NCBI GenBank assembly: GCA_001599295.1
Contig: BCGN01000007.1
Span: 632,433 to 696,432, forward strand
DNA from: Sporopachydermia quercuum
Lineage: Eukaryota
DNA length: 64,000 bases
Direction: 5' to 3'
Each line of letters opens with the position of its first letter. Within the stretch, counting starts at the first letter, position 1. The position numbers and the translations under genes were made by a program. Under the pieces are notes generated by a model that worked only from the letters and a program-made list of their open reading frames with translations, was not told the DNA's origin and did not search any database. Of the stretch, positions 48,210 to 61,100 are shown piece after piece.

Positions 48210-51200
48210 TTAGACATGATTCCCTCTTCCGCTCCCGCACTTCTCAAACTCTAAAATCCTACCATGAATTATGACTTGTACAATCCATTCCCAATCCACA
48301 ATCATCAAATTCTTTTCACTAAGCAACTTATCAATCATTCCTTTGCCTATTTCTTTCCCTACTCTACCTGAACAATCGTTATTATCATTATTCTGTTTAC
48401 CTCGTTTGCCTCGTTTGCCTTGTTTATTCAATTGGGTCGTTGTTTGCCTAGGCATATAACTGTTTAAAATCTTATTCCTCAAAATTCCCCTCCAGTTTGC
48501 CTTAGGCAGACTAAAATCACAACTCACCTGACCTTCGTCCTGGTACAAATACAAAATCTGCTTACATGTATCCTGAGCATTTTCATAAGCATTTGAAAGT
48601 AACAGCAAAAGTGTTTCTGTGGTTTCTATTCCGATTAGGTCCGAGCCTAAGTTTCCGAGAATAAACTCTATTATTTTCAGTCCTTTTAGGCTTTTAAGTT
48701 TGCCCCGTTGGTCCGTTTGTAAACAATCAATGTTCATGACGTAAATCCTAAACCCGTTAAGAATGCGCAGCTGAGCTTCAATCTGCTCTGAAACATTCCG
48801 ATCGCTGTATAGTAAACTTTTAAACTTGGTTAAGTCAAGGCTTTGTTCCGTATTTAAGTACCGAGAAAACCCCCGAGATAAAAGGTAGAAGGACCAATGA
48901 GGTAAAAAAAGGTTGCGAGTGACACAATCTCGGATAAAAACATCGGAAATAATTGGAAGGTTTAAAGCCAAGGCACTCAAATACTTCGGTGTTCGACTAT
49001 GCTTTGAGGCGATAATTGCTGCAAATTTAAAGTTCCGGAGGGCCTTTTTGGGAGAGATTCGGAACTTCAGATAGGTGACCTTGCGGTTATTTTCACTTTT
49101 GAGGTCGGTTTTGTCCCAAAAGTAATTAAACAGCTCATTAAACTCTGAAATTACTGTTCCACCCCGGGACTGAATAAGCTTGTGTAATGCTTTCCCATCA
49201 CAGTTTGAATTCAAAGTTGTAAGACAGAATACACAATTGTGGAATATAACTTCCTCTTTTTCCCAATTCGGCCTAAGTTTAGCTTTGATGGGCGACGAAT
49301 TCACAACTGGGTTCAAGCTTAATTCCACTTCCTGCTGATCCCTCCGTATTTTCGCTCTTTCTGGTAAAGTTGTGTTTCCTTTACTGATTTCGATAACATT
49401 ATCTGGTACAGAAACCAAATCTGGTAATTCTGCCTTTCCGAATCGTTCTGCTTTAATACCCCGCCATACTTTAGCCGGTAAAAACAATTCCGATATAAGA
49501 ACTGCTTCCCCACTTTCTTCCGCTTCCACTTCCACTTCTGCATCCGGTTCCGAACTCTGTATCAAGCCCCGCTCTAAATCNTGGTCGGATTCTGCAGGGC
49601 AAACGATAACCCCATTGTACCCTTTAGTAGTACAAATAGACTCCTCAACATTCCCCTCTTTCATTTCAGAGCTTAATCCTTGAATCATTTGTGACATAGC
49701 TGAATCACCTACCAGATTAGTAAAGCTTATTACCTTATACGGTAAACGTTTCTTCTTAATTAGGTGAACTTTATCTCCAATTCGGATGTCCAAAGGGTAC
49801 AAATACCCTGGATCAATATCGGCAAAACTGTCATAGAAAAGAACTCTATAAGTAGAGCTATCATTAAGTTTCCGATTACATAGAATGCACGGATAACATC
49901 GGCTGCCCCACTCGGCCCAATATCCGTGATTTGCTTTTGTGGTTGTCTCAGAAGCGGAACGGGAATGGGATCTGGAGACGATAGCGGAATCAGAAGAATT
50001 AAAGTGGGAGCGTCCATGCAAAATTTGTCCTTGCTCTTGTTCCGGTTCTGACTCTTGTTCCGGTTCTGAAGGTATTACTAGGTGTAGAGTCGAATCATGT
50101 CGGGAGATTTCGGGTTGAGAATCGAAATCAGAGATTCTCGGCTTCTTATTCCGGCGGCCGATCCGGATTTCTGTTTCTGTGTAAGAAGATAACGGATGTT
50201 TTGTGGTCCTGTCATCAGAAAACTCATATATTTCTGCTTCTGGTTTTCTCCGTCCGTTCTGTGGTTCAATATTAGATATGATGTTTGTACCATTCGAATG
50301 CTCCAAATTGTCTTTCCTAGCTTCGGGTGTTTTCGGAACCTTGGTTTCTTTACTGTTGGCTAACAGCCCGAATAGTAGCTCTTTTACGTTTTTAGGTTCG
50401 GCACCCGCTTCTACGTCGGCATCAGTTTCGACTTCTGCTTGTTGATCCACAAAACCTAAGAAGCTGGAGTTCGCCGAGGTTGGCTTTCGAGAGTACAAAG
50501 CCGGAGAAGACTCAGCTATGGCTCGGATTTGTCCCGCATTTAACTGTTGCAACTGTTCCACTAAACTATGAGTCTTTGAGGCAAGCTCATTCAGGTCTAA
50601 ATTAAGATCGGGTTTCCCCTTTAGGTAATCTGGTTCTGAATCCGACTCCAATTCGGAAAGCTGGCTAAACCGCCTTGCGAATTTGGGTTCTGAGCTCCGG
50701 AGCTTCTCGGCAATCTCTTGAAACTGTGATTCTTTAGAGTTTGAACTGAAACTATCCCGCGGGGGCAATTCCGAGAGATCGTATATTTCTTGGGTAATGA
50801 GCGATTTTGCTCGCCGAATCTTCTCTTGTGGGGTTTCAAACAGATCCGAAGTCTCGGAACCAATCGGAGAGCTGGTAGATTGCACAATAATAGATTTGTC
50901 AGGCAAAGTATCATCTGNCTCCGAGATTCGGCTGCGGGAATGATAAATCTCGGGCTTAGCAGACCCGGGAACTTCTACCGAGGTTGGGGAATTAAGTTCT
51001 TGTGATGCCGAGAGTACAAACCTGCTGCTTACCAGTGTCTTCCACGTCTTATTAATTGTATTATTTTCATTACCATTATCATTATCACGTTGATTTTCAG
51101 TTTCATTGTTGAACCTTTCGCCTGAACTCGGAACAATGATTGTATTTATGACAGTTGAGTTTCTCGTCCCGGATTCTTCCGATTCCGATTCTAATTCTGG

Positions 51201-51969
51201 TTCTGTACTTTGAATTATTAAGGTTCCGGGTATGGAGTTTGCCACAGATTGGGTCTGAGTTTGAATATCAAACTGTGAGTCGGCAGTGATATTGGTTTGG
51301 AGGCGCAGAGCGTCGAATTTACGGCTGTCACTTAAACTGGGATATGTTTCCTGTTTGGGGTCATTCCCCACTGCGGGCGATTCTTGTCCTGCTTGCGATA
51401 ATGTGGGTAGTTGCGGCATTTTCGGGGTAGAAGAATTGTTGAACCGAAACCTAAACTTCCGATGGAACCTCGGCGTTTCCAGCGGAACAGGAGCAGAAGC
51501 AGGACCTGAATTGGGACCCAAAATCAGAAGCTGGGTTTTCCTCAGTTTCGAATCTCCTTCCTGATTTGGTAATTTATCTGCCGAGCCTCCTATTACTAAT
51601 GTAGCTGGAAAACTTAACTGGGACTCCGAGGAAAACTCAATCTCTCGCCCGGGGTTTCCCGAAATTACCTGTGTTTCGGCAAGATAGCTGGTATCTCGAA
51701 TATCAGCAACATTCATGTCCCTTCCGATACTTCCAATGCTTCCGATAACTTGGGTCTAGATAACAAATACGAGTTAGTTCTCATCATCTACCCGCAAACA
51801 ATATAGAGCCGATTGTTGTTTCACTTCGATGTTAAAACACACTTACCTCCGGTAAATGATACCGCTCAAAAGTATCATCAGGATCTCCNACGTCTTCCGT
51901 GTTTGTACCATGAATATCTGAAGAATTCCGNTCGGAATCTCCGATCTTTTCACCCGAGCTTCCGCTCAT
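48210..51969 (-). CDS. RAD9: Rad9/Crb2/53BP1-like DNA damage checkpoint adaptor; exons 51969-51847 and 51755-48210
   Basis: N-terminal SQ/TQ-rich region, Tudor-like WAEWGSRCYPC...LYPLDIRIGDKV, tandem BRCT (IFHNCVFCLT..GG..RTPKYLSALALNLPIISDVFI..C; WEWIVQVII). The intron GTAAGT(51846)...AACTAAC...TAG(51756) is phase 0. Confidence 0.88.
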
Positions 51970-53377
51970 GACTTCATGTTATCGGTATATATGTGATGCT
52001 TCGGCAAAGGAGTAAGAATGAAGCAGAAGGACACAGAATACCAGAACTGGCGAGGATGCCTCTGTGAAAAATCGGCAGTATTTCTGTTCTAGGACCTTTT
52101 GTGTTCCGACCTCGGNTATTCTGCTTCCGAAACCAGCGTCCGGAACAGTTTATCTCCGTTTTTCTTCTTGCTAAAGCATATTGTAAAGAAGAAACATGAA
52201 TACACAAATAGAGAACAATGAGGTATATTTTTGGTGATTATGTAATCATTATCCATAAACTAGAATGGTTAGAGGGAAAGCAATGCAACTATGGTTATTC
52301 TTACCGGATGGTTTAGAGGGATTTTCTGTAATTTAAGTACCCTATTAACTTATGATTTGGCCTAAGCTAATTAATATAATGCTTTTTCTTCTTGATAGAA
52401 GAATCAATTAAAATTCTTATTTCTAATGATACTTTTAACGGATTGACAGCAATATGGTTATAGATTATATAATAAATAATTACACAAACACAAACTCATT
52501 TTTGGATAACATAATCGTTTGTTTGATAAACTCGAACACAAAACCGTTAGATTATTTCACAAACCATAATACCAAGAAAAATAAACATGGTTCTATTTGC
52601 ACCACATTTTGACCACATTTTCCTTCTTCTTCTCTTTATCAACGGCGNAACTGCGGAAAATGAGAGGTAAATGGAACCATAAAAGCAGAAAAGCTTGGTA
52701 CTGAGCCATAAGATCGAACGTTTGGAAACGGCACTTGCGGTGATAGATCAGAAGACCAGAATGAGTATTTCTTGACCAATGCAATGAATTACGTAGTTTA
52801 CTAAAAGTGGGGCAAGCAGGAAATGGAACAAAGGAGGTAAAAGAGGTAAAAGAAACAAAAGAGAGGGTGATTTGGAACGGAACGGAACAGAAATGGAAAG
52901 ATAATGTAACGGAATCAAGTAGGAACATGGTTGATACAAAAGAGGTAAATCAGTTTCCAAAATAGGAGCGATTAGGATAACAATTTTGGGTTAATAATGA
53001 CACACAAAGTTTCAATTTGGAGATTTTGGGAGCTTCACGGATCAATAGGAACAATTAAACTCACAATGAGCAGAGAAGTAAACAAACATAACTAAAGAAA
53101 CAACAAATTTATTGCGATAAATCGAAACGGGACAGAAAGATCTTTTGTGAAGTTATCGGATACAGGAGAGCGGGTAGGACTACTCTCATGTCAAATACTG
53201 CAGAGAATTATGCCTAAACAGCTCCCGAAGTTCAGCTGCTTGGTTGGCTCCTCTATGGTATTCCAAGTTCGCAATCTTACCTTGGCAACTTTCCAACATC
53301 CTAAACATCCAAGAATGTTCCTAATTGCCCCGTGTAATGTCAGAAAACATCTTTACTGCACATACTAACCCCACCAG

Positions 53378-56300
53378 ACACTTTAGACTTATCCCGCATA
53401 CCCCACAATTACCAAGATCTCACTTTCACGAACATCCCAACTTCGGAAAGATGCAAAATTGCCGAAACTTTATTCAAGCTCGGCCTAGTAAATACGTCAA
53501 TAAGAGAATATTTGATAGCAATAAAGCTCGCCCCGCCTTTGACTAAAATAGATGCTTTGGCCCAATTAGGTATAGTTTTCCAGAAAAGGAACGATTTTCT
53601 GAAAGCGGCATTTTGTTTCTACCACGCCAAACGGTTAAATTTCCTATTACGGCAACAAGATCCCGAAACTGGCTCGGGAAATAAAGTAAAGTCTCAGCGG
53701 ACTAAAGAGGGACGAGTTTTAGAATGGATGTACAACCGATCGGTAGCTAAAGTTTGGGATTCTCGGAACAAAAACCAAACTGAAGCGCAAATAGAACAAA
53801 TGTATCCTCACGTAGACTCTCCCTCAGAACGATCAAAATACCCCGCTTACCACGCCAACCTTGCAAAAGCTNCGCCCTGTTTCCCGATCCACGTGACCAC
53901 TTGTTTCAACGCATTAGCCAAAATTCAGCTTCTTTTAATGAACAATTTCTTCATTGGCAGGGGGGAAGATCCAGGAAACGGAATAACTCGGAATCATGAA
54001 ACTGAAAACGGAAATAATACCGGAAACATTAAGTCTATCAGCAATAACTGCAAAAACAGCAACAAAAGTTACAATGATTCAACTCTCCGAACATTAATTC
54101 AAACAACGATGGAAGAAATGTCGTACAAATTAACCAATGTAAATGACAAGCTTACAAAAAGTATGACAAAAATTGTCGTAGAGGTACCTGAAGCACCGAA
54201 TTGGTCTATTTTTACTGGAAATGGTTATTTACTCAGTGGCCATAATGATTGTAACAACGANCAAAATGAGAATAATTGCAATAACTTTAAGAATAATACC
54301 ACATTAAATGCTGTTGACAAAACTTGTTATGATGACTGCAATAATTCTTACATGAAGAGAGTTTCTGCTAGTTATAAGCTTTGTTTTAGCGGGATTTCCA
54401 AGTCACATGAGCCGCAGGANCCACAGGAGTCATCGTCGCTCAATTTGGATGCCCTTATAACTGCTATTGTGGACCAAGACGTTCCCAAGTATCACGAACG
54501 AGCNATTTGTTATTGGACAAACGAAATAGGGGAAAGAGGGGCCAACTTAACAAATAGAAAAGAAATGAGGGGTAATGAAGAAAATGTGACGCAGGAGGAT
54601 TTCCATGTTGCTAGTAACGGCAATTGTGATTATAATACTGGTTTTGCAAGTATTTCTAACCCCAAATCTACTCGGCATGTGCANGTGAGTGTGCTACAAC
54701 GAAACCCCATTTGCCTCTCCAAGGAATCTCAATCCGGAACAACAACCGAATCCGAAATCCCCAAAATCTATCCTTTACTGTTAACGGAAATAGTTACCGA
54801 ACTGCAAACACTTAATAACCCCGCATTTTGCTACTTAATTGAAACCCCAGTCAATGTATGGACGATTTTAAGCAGTCAGACGGAATCAAACTTGGTAACT
54901 TTAGATGGCGAATTAAAGTTAACCGAAGAATGTCAAACTACTATTAAGCATAACATTGTGCTCGGATATTTTGCCTATTTAGGAGGGAATTTTAGGTTAG
55001 CACTGCAAAGATTTCTATGGCTAATCGAATTTATTAGTCTAAGTGGGGCTAAGGAGAAGGGCAGCAAGAGTGTTGATGGTTGCAGCAACACGAGTAGCAG
55101 CATGATCTGTAATAATAACTCCCTTGAAGAAACTATTACTATTACTGCAAATGAAGCAAATAACTATATTAATTCAACCAGGAACTTGAACGCTGGCAAA
55201 AATATTAAGAATGACAATAACTGCTGTATCTCTGTCTCCTGCAAAAATATAGTTAAAGCTGGAGAAGAAGCAATCAGCAAAGCAGATAGTATTAATGCTA
55301 GGAACAATAATCCACAAGAGAACAATATTCAATCGAAAAGTAAAAACATTAATTGGATTGATCGGGTACTTAATGCAAAAGCACATATTCCCGAAATTGA
55401 TGCTATAGAAAAGAATATGCATGAACGTGACGATGCTTTGATTGATTGCAAAAAATACAATAATTATAATGACAATCACGATTATATTGACAAAAACTCG
55501 ACAAACATTACTGAACAACTTAACGAACTAAATAATTTTACGTTTGATAAGAAAATCATTTCAACAAATCTTCTATGTACGATTTTCTCATTATTAGCTA
55601 AAACATTATTAGCCCTAAATATGGAAACTTCATTTGAAGTACAACAAGATTCAAATGAATCAATTAATTGCAATGAAAATGCTGGATTTAATGTTGAGAG
55701 TGATAGTTTCTGCAATAATTTATGCAATGTTGAAATAGAAAACCACAATATAAACAGCGGTAAAGGCAAGAAAGATGGTACCAATAACTACAGATATAGA
55801 ATTAATGTTGATAATGCTAATATTGTTGGGGCAGNAATTAGCAATAACTGCTCTAATTATATTAATGATGACACAAATCATACTAACTGTAACAATAATG
55901 TTCTTAATTCTCTAAAAACAATTGAGAAATTGAATTATTGTAGTAACAATAACAATGATTGCAGCATTTCTCCTCCTAATAACAACAAAAGCATTAAACA
56001 AAAATACAAAAACGCTGACAAAAATAACAACTACAATACCCACTGCAATGCAGTTAGTGCCAACAAATCTGTTACTTCAAGCACCAACAATTACAGCATT
56101 TCTGATTTCAACGACATAAATTATACTAATTACATTAATTATAATAAACGCGATTATGGCAAACTTAATTGTGCTGACTCTGAAAGAAATACAAAACCCA
56201 CAAAAGCAATGATTGCGGCAGGAAATTCAATCAGAAAACAAAACTGTTTTAATTCTCACCGATTAAGTAGAAAAAGCAAAAAAAGCAATAGAAATGCTGC

Positions 56301-57801
56301 TAGAAAGGAACAGANATTGGAGCCAAATGGGGAGATTTTTACTGGGATTTGCAATAGCAATTATTATTTGAATCGGCCTGCAATTATTCTTAGTGACAAT
56401 AATCACAGCAACAAGGATAACAATAATAACACTTATCGCAATAAACACCCTAATAATAACTCTGCCAACAGTAATTATCAAACACTAGTTAATGCAACAG
56501 AAACAATTGCTGATAAAAACCATAATTTTAGTACAATTACTAACAAAAACTATGGCCAAAATACCCAAAATAATTACGACGACTACAAAAATTCAATTTC
56601 TAGTGCAAAAACAAATGTGCAAATACCAAAATTTGCGTCATTTTTTACTTGCCAATCTGAATTTATGAACAATGGGGATTTTGAAGGAGAGAACACAGGA
56701 GAATATGACGGAGAAAAGAGCGGAGATAATAAAGTGGGCACAAATACCCTAAACGGTAATACCGCACTATCGTATTTCCCAATTGAGAAAGCAATTTTAA
56801 CTGTTACAAACTTGATNAGTGAGGGGCAGGTTGAGAAAACTCACAGAACTGATGAGTTACTTAAAAGCTTTATAGCTTTGAAGAATCTATTGCTTGTAGA
56901 TTGTTTTGCTGTAGGTAGAAGCTGTGAGCTTGAGGTGCAAAAGGAGGTAACAGAAGAAATGTCGAAAAACTTGCCGCGAGCAATATCGGAAACAACTGCG
57001 GAAGATATCATACATAATAAAGAAACCGGAGACTTAACTACAAATACCCCACTTTTGTTTCTATGCCGCAACACTCTATACCAATTGATCCGCAAAACCA
57101 TTCTTATTATGGCATTAAAGCCGGAAGATGACCCCACTATTATTTCCGATTTAGAACTCATACTATGGGGTTTATTAATGCATGGCGGGATTTATATCAA
57201 GGTTTTCTACGGTTTTATTAGCATTTGGAAATACTTCCGAATACGTGGGGGATTCTACCCCGCAGTTTATGCCGATTATAGCCGAAACGGCAATAATACC
57301 GAAGTATTTGAGATCACAACCACAAAATTGTACTCTAGAGAAGATTTACTTTACTATATAGAAAGAATATCGGAGAAGATGTCGGAATCGAATGACGATT
57401 CTGGTAACAATCTACCTGAATTTACAAGAGATATTATATCCGAAGGGTGTCACTCGTCCTTGTTATTACCCCAAGTAATGCTAAACCGGAAATCAACACG
57501 GCTTTTAATGCTAGATAGATATTATAGCAAAGCGGAGATCATATCAGCAAGGGAAAAGCGAGGGAATTACTTAATCAGGAAATTCTCCGAAGGTGAACTT
57601 GGCTTGATTTCCCCATTGGGATTACAATGCGGGAAGGCCGAGGTTCATTCAATGATTACGCTATCAACTGATTTACTTCAATGTTGGATTTATAGTTATA
57701 CCCATTATCACAATAAGGTTCCGGAGCCATTGCTATCGTGTTTGAAATTAAGTTCAGAATTAGGATTAGGTTCGGGCTCGGGAACTAAAAGAGGGTATTA
57801 A
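53378..57801 (+). CDS. Large unrecognised protein with a TPR-like N-terminus and Asn/Cys-rich insertions; 5' exon unresolved
   Basis: More than 1400 open codons. The frame extends upstream of the track start to a TACTAAC(53363)...CAG(53377) acceptor. Helical segment AETLFKLG..REYLIAIKLAP..ALAQLGIVFQKRNDFLKAAFCF. Confidence 0.75.
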
Positions 57802-58166
57802 ATCGGAAGAATTATGGATAAGTAAATCCTGTTTCGCTTCGGCTTATACAAACAAATATATAGTAACTATAGAGATAAGATTTTAGTGTTAGCGTAAAAG
57901 AAAAGAAAGTTAAATTGTATTCATTACTTCATTAGGCATTGATATTACTTGAAACAGATATCCGAATTGCCTGTTTAGGATATCGTTTCAGATATGTTCA
58001 TATATTTTATACTGTTCTTGCAGGTTTTGTCATGTTTGTACTTCTTCCGTTTTCTATAGAAATTCTCTGATATAGCTTCGCTGTTTGGTGCTAACGGATA
58101 CGGACTACACAAAATACATTCCGTATCCGTCCGCATCCGCATCTGCTACGGCTCAGGTGGNCTTGG

Positions 58167-61100
58167 CTAACTTATCATTCTCAACCTTAAATGCTTACCT
58201 CGCTCATTCAAGGCTTTACTCAAATTCTTCTCACAAGGCCAAATACACAATTCCCGAACTAGCCGCTCAAAGACGCCGAGAATTTCAACTGCGGCTTCAT
58301 CTTGCCCGAATGGGGCGGACAAACCTAAAATGAGTCCCGTTCCCCCCAAAATTGCGTCAACCTTATTGAGGATCTTACTAATGCGGATGCATAAAGCTGC
58401 ATCGTCACCAGTAGTTTTAGAGCGGCGAACAAATTCGGAGATAACTAAGCCACAATCAAATAAGGTTAAAATTACATGCAAAAATGTAATTCGGGAGGCC
58501 CGCGCCACTGAGCCACCTCGTGCATGTTTTTCCCATAAGGAGACGGCGTCTGCGGCGTAGGAAGCAGCTTCATGCAAGCCATGCAGCAGTTGGGCTTCAT
58601 CCTTTTGCCGTTTGAGAGAATTCTCGGGCGGTGTAACAAATAGGGTTTCAGCGGGAACTGATTGTGGTTCAAATATCCACGTGGTGATGCGGTCAAGAGC
58701 TCGGTTCATGGAGGGATAATCTCGAGTCCATACGTACTCTTTAGTCTTAGTTAGGTCAATGAATAGGCGGATATGGCCTAAAGAGGAAAGTGGGATTGCG
58801 TCAGACATGAGCGGGGCCCCTTCGCCATTGGGAGATAAGGTTGCCGAGGGGTTGAGGGACCACAGGGCTTCCCAGGAATCTAAATCGGACAAAAGCGTAT
58901 TGAAGTGAGGGTCCGAGAACCATTCAGAAGCGGAGATGATGATGTTTGTATTCAATTGGCGGGATTTCGAGTTTGATACGGGGTGATTTTGGTTATTGTG
59001 GTTATTTCCAGGGCCGGAAGCGGAACCATTTCCGGAACCATTGCCTGAATTGAAATTAGTGTTTTGGTCTCTTCCACCGAGAACCTTTATCCCGCTTCCT
59101 CCGCTTTCCCCTTTTGCTGATAAATACTGTTTTTGGTTGAATTTCTTCCGTTCGTAGTAAATATGTTGGTGCAATGCGTACATAAGCGAGGTAAGTGTGA
59201 ATGGTGCAATTGAACCTTCCGGGGTTTGAGGGGTAACTCCTCCGGGGCCGCTATGTTCGTCTAGCACCATTCGCAAAAGCGCTTTGAACGCAAAACCCCG
59301 GAAAACCTTATTGTCCATCTCTGTATCGTTTAAATTGCCCATTTGAGTGACATTACCCCACCAGTTTTCCCAATTAGGCGCCCGCCACAGAATCTCTTCC
59401 GTGGCGGAGCCACATTCGACTAATCCGGAAACTAATGCCGGCGGAATGTTATAAAACGTGCTTAATATACATGAAATTATATGCACTGCATGTAAAGTTC
59501 GGATCCGGGACTGACATTCCACAAAATACAGCCATTTCTGACGCGGAGTAATGGATCTTAAACCCCCATTGAGCCCCGCGTTGTCAACTTTAAAATACTG
59601 TCCCATTTCCGGAGGTGCAGCATGGATACCGGCCGATTTAGATAGCGACACTAACGCTATGCTCTGCCGAACGGCTATCCCCGCAGTTAACGGATCATCC
59701 GAGAATAACCCATACATTACACTTAAAGCCAAACATTGTACCAGCCAAAGCGGGGTAATCTCATCTTTCACTCCCGAAATACACTTCCAGTTCTTCCGCC
59801 CCTCCAAATATACGTGGATGCATCTTCGAGATGCTTCGAAAAGAGCCGAGGCAACGGGAAGTTCAAAGAGGTATAAAGCACCGAGGCAACGGGAAGTTCA
59901 AAGAGGTATAAAGCACCGATAGTGGCCATTTGTAGGGCAAGCGGAGCATTTTCGGAAGTGATAATTAAGGTTGGGATGTGGACAAAAGGCATATGTTTTC
60001 CGAAATTTGAAATATAAGCTTCTAGGTATCTGTGGAGGTCCGATTCNGCAGGAATATCCGGAACTGAAGAGGAGGAGAAAGCGGGGTAGGATTTGAGGGT
60101 GTTTAGCACGTGAGAGCGGACTTCGGAGGAGAAGTGGGGTAACTGGGGAATGAAATGAGAGATCTGATGAGCCTTAGGACCGGTTCTGCCAGAATTAGGA
60201 AACAAACTTGCCTCATTTGCTTCGATTTGGGTGGAATTAGGCGAAATTGACGTTGCCGAGGTCGTGGCAGAAGTTACCGAGAAGAAATCACTACTGACAG
60301 TCGCAGGGGCGGGGGTGGGGCCAGTAGCACCAGTACTTGAGGCGGAAGGGACGAAACTGAGACCGGAGCCGGGGCCGAGATCGGAACCCGGGTCGAGACT
60401 CAACGTAGGGTTCCCTATATTGTGGCTCATGCTCCCCACCCTCCCCGCATTGTTAGAGGGGTCAATTTCATGTATAAACTGCTCGTCTAAATCCAAAACG
60501 CCGTAAATATCGCCGTAATTGTTGAAAAGCTGGGAATCAAAATTGAGCCCCGCGTTTCCTAAATCGTCGCTCAACATAGCGGGGTCAATGGTGTTTGTGT
60601 GACTTGAGTGAGGGGTATTCGATCCGTTGTTCATTGCGTCATTGTGCATTAACCCGAAGTCCCGAGCGGAAGCGGAATCCGAAGCAGAACCCGAAATTCC
60701 GGAAAGTAGGCCCGATCCGGCATTGCCCGTATGGTCTGGCGGAGTCGTCATTTCCTCATCAAGATTAACTTCTTCCAGCATCATTTCGAAATCGTCAAGG
60801 TTTTGTGGTAACATTTGCGGAGTAGAAAACATTACTTGAGCCGGGACTTTTGATAACGCCGCTCTGTCAATATCTTCTCCGTCTTTTTTGTTTGTGTAAG
60901 TAGAAGCGGAAGCGGCCGAGAAGGAGGCGGGACGGCTTCTTCTTCCGAGATTGCCAAGATTTGCATGAGGCGTTCCGAACGATTCAAATGAACTGAGAGA
61001 CCCAAAAGNATGGTTTGCGTTATTGGGGATAAGGTTATTACTATTTCCGGAGGTGGCAGAAGCGGCAGAAGCGGGACCAGGGAGACCATTGTGATTTCTG

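Noticed and set aside
52790..52960. Purine-rich degenerate repeats (GGAAC, AAAAGAGGT) and their antisense ORFs
   Set aside because: Simple-sequence decay in the RAD9/orphan promoter with no regular unit or coding signal.
59846..59915. CRISPR-like 35-bp repeat
   Set aside because: Two abutting copies with no spacer, inside a eukaryotic gene.
59768..59920. An intron or programmed frameshift reconciling the two ADR1-like ORFs
   Set aside because: No consensus donor, branch point or slippery site is visible on the minus strand; the exact duplication fully explains the frame change.
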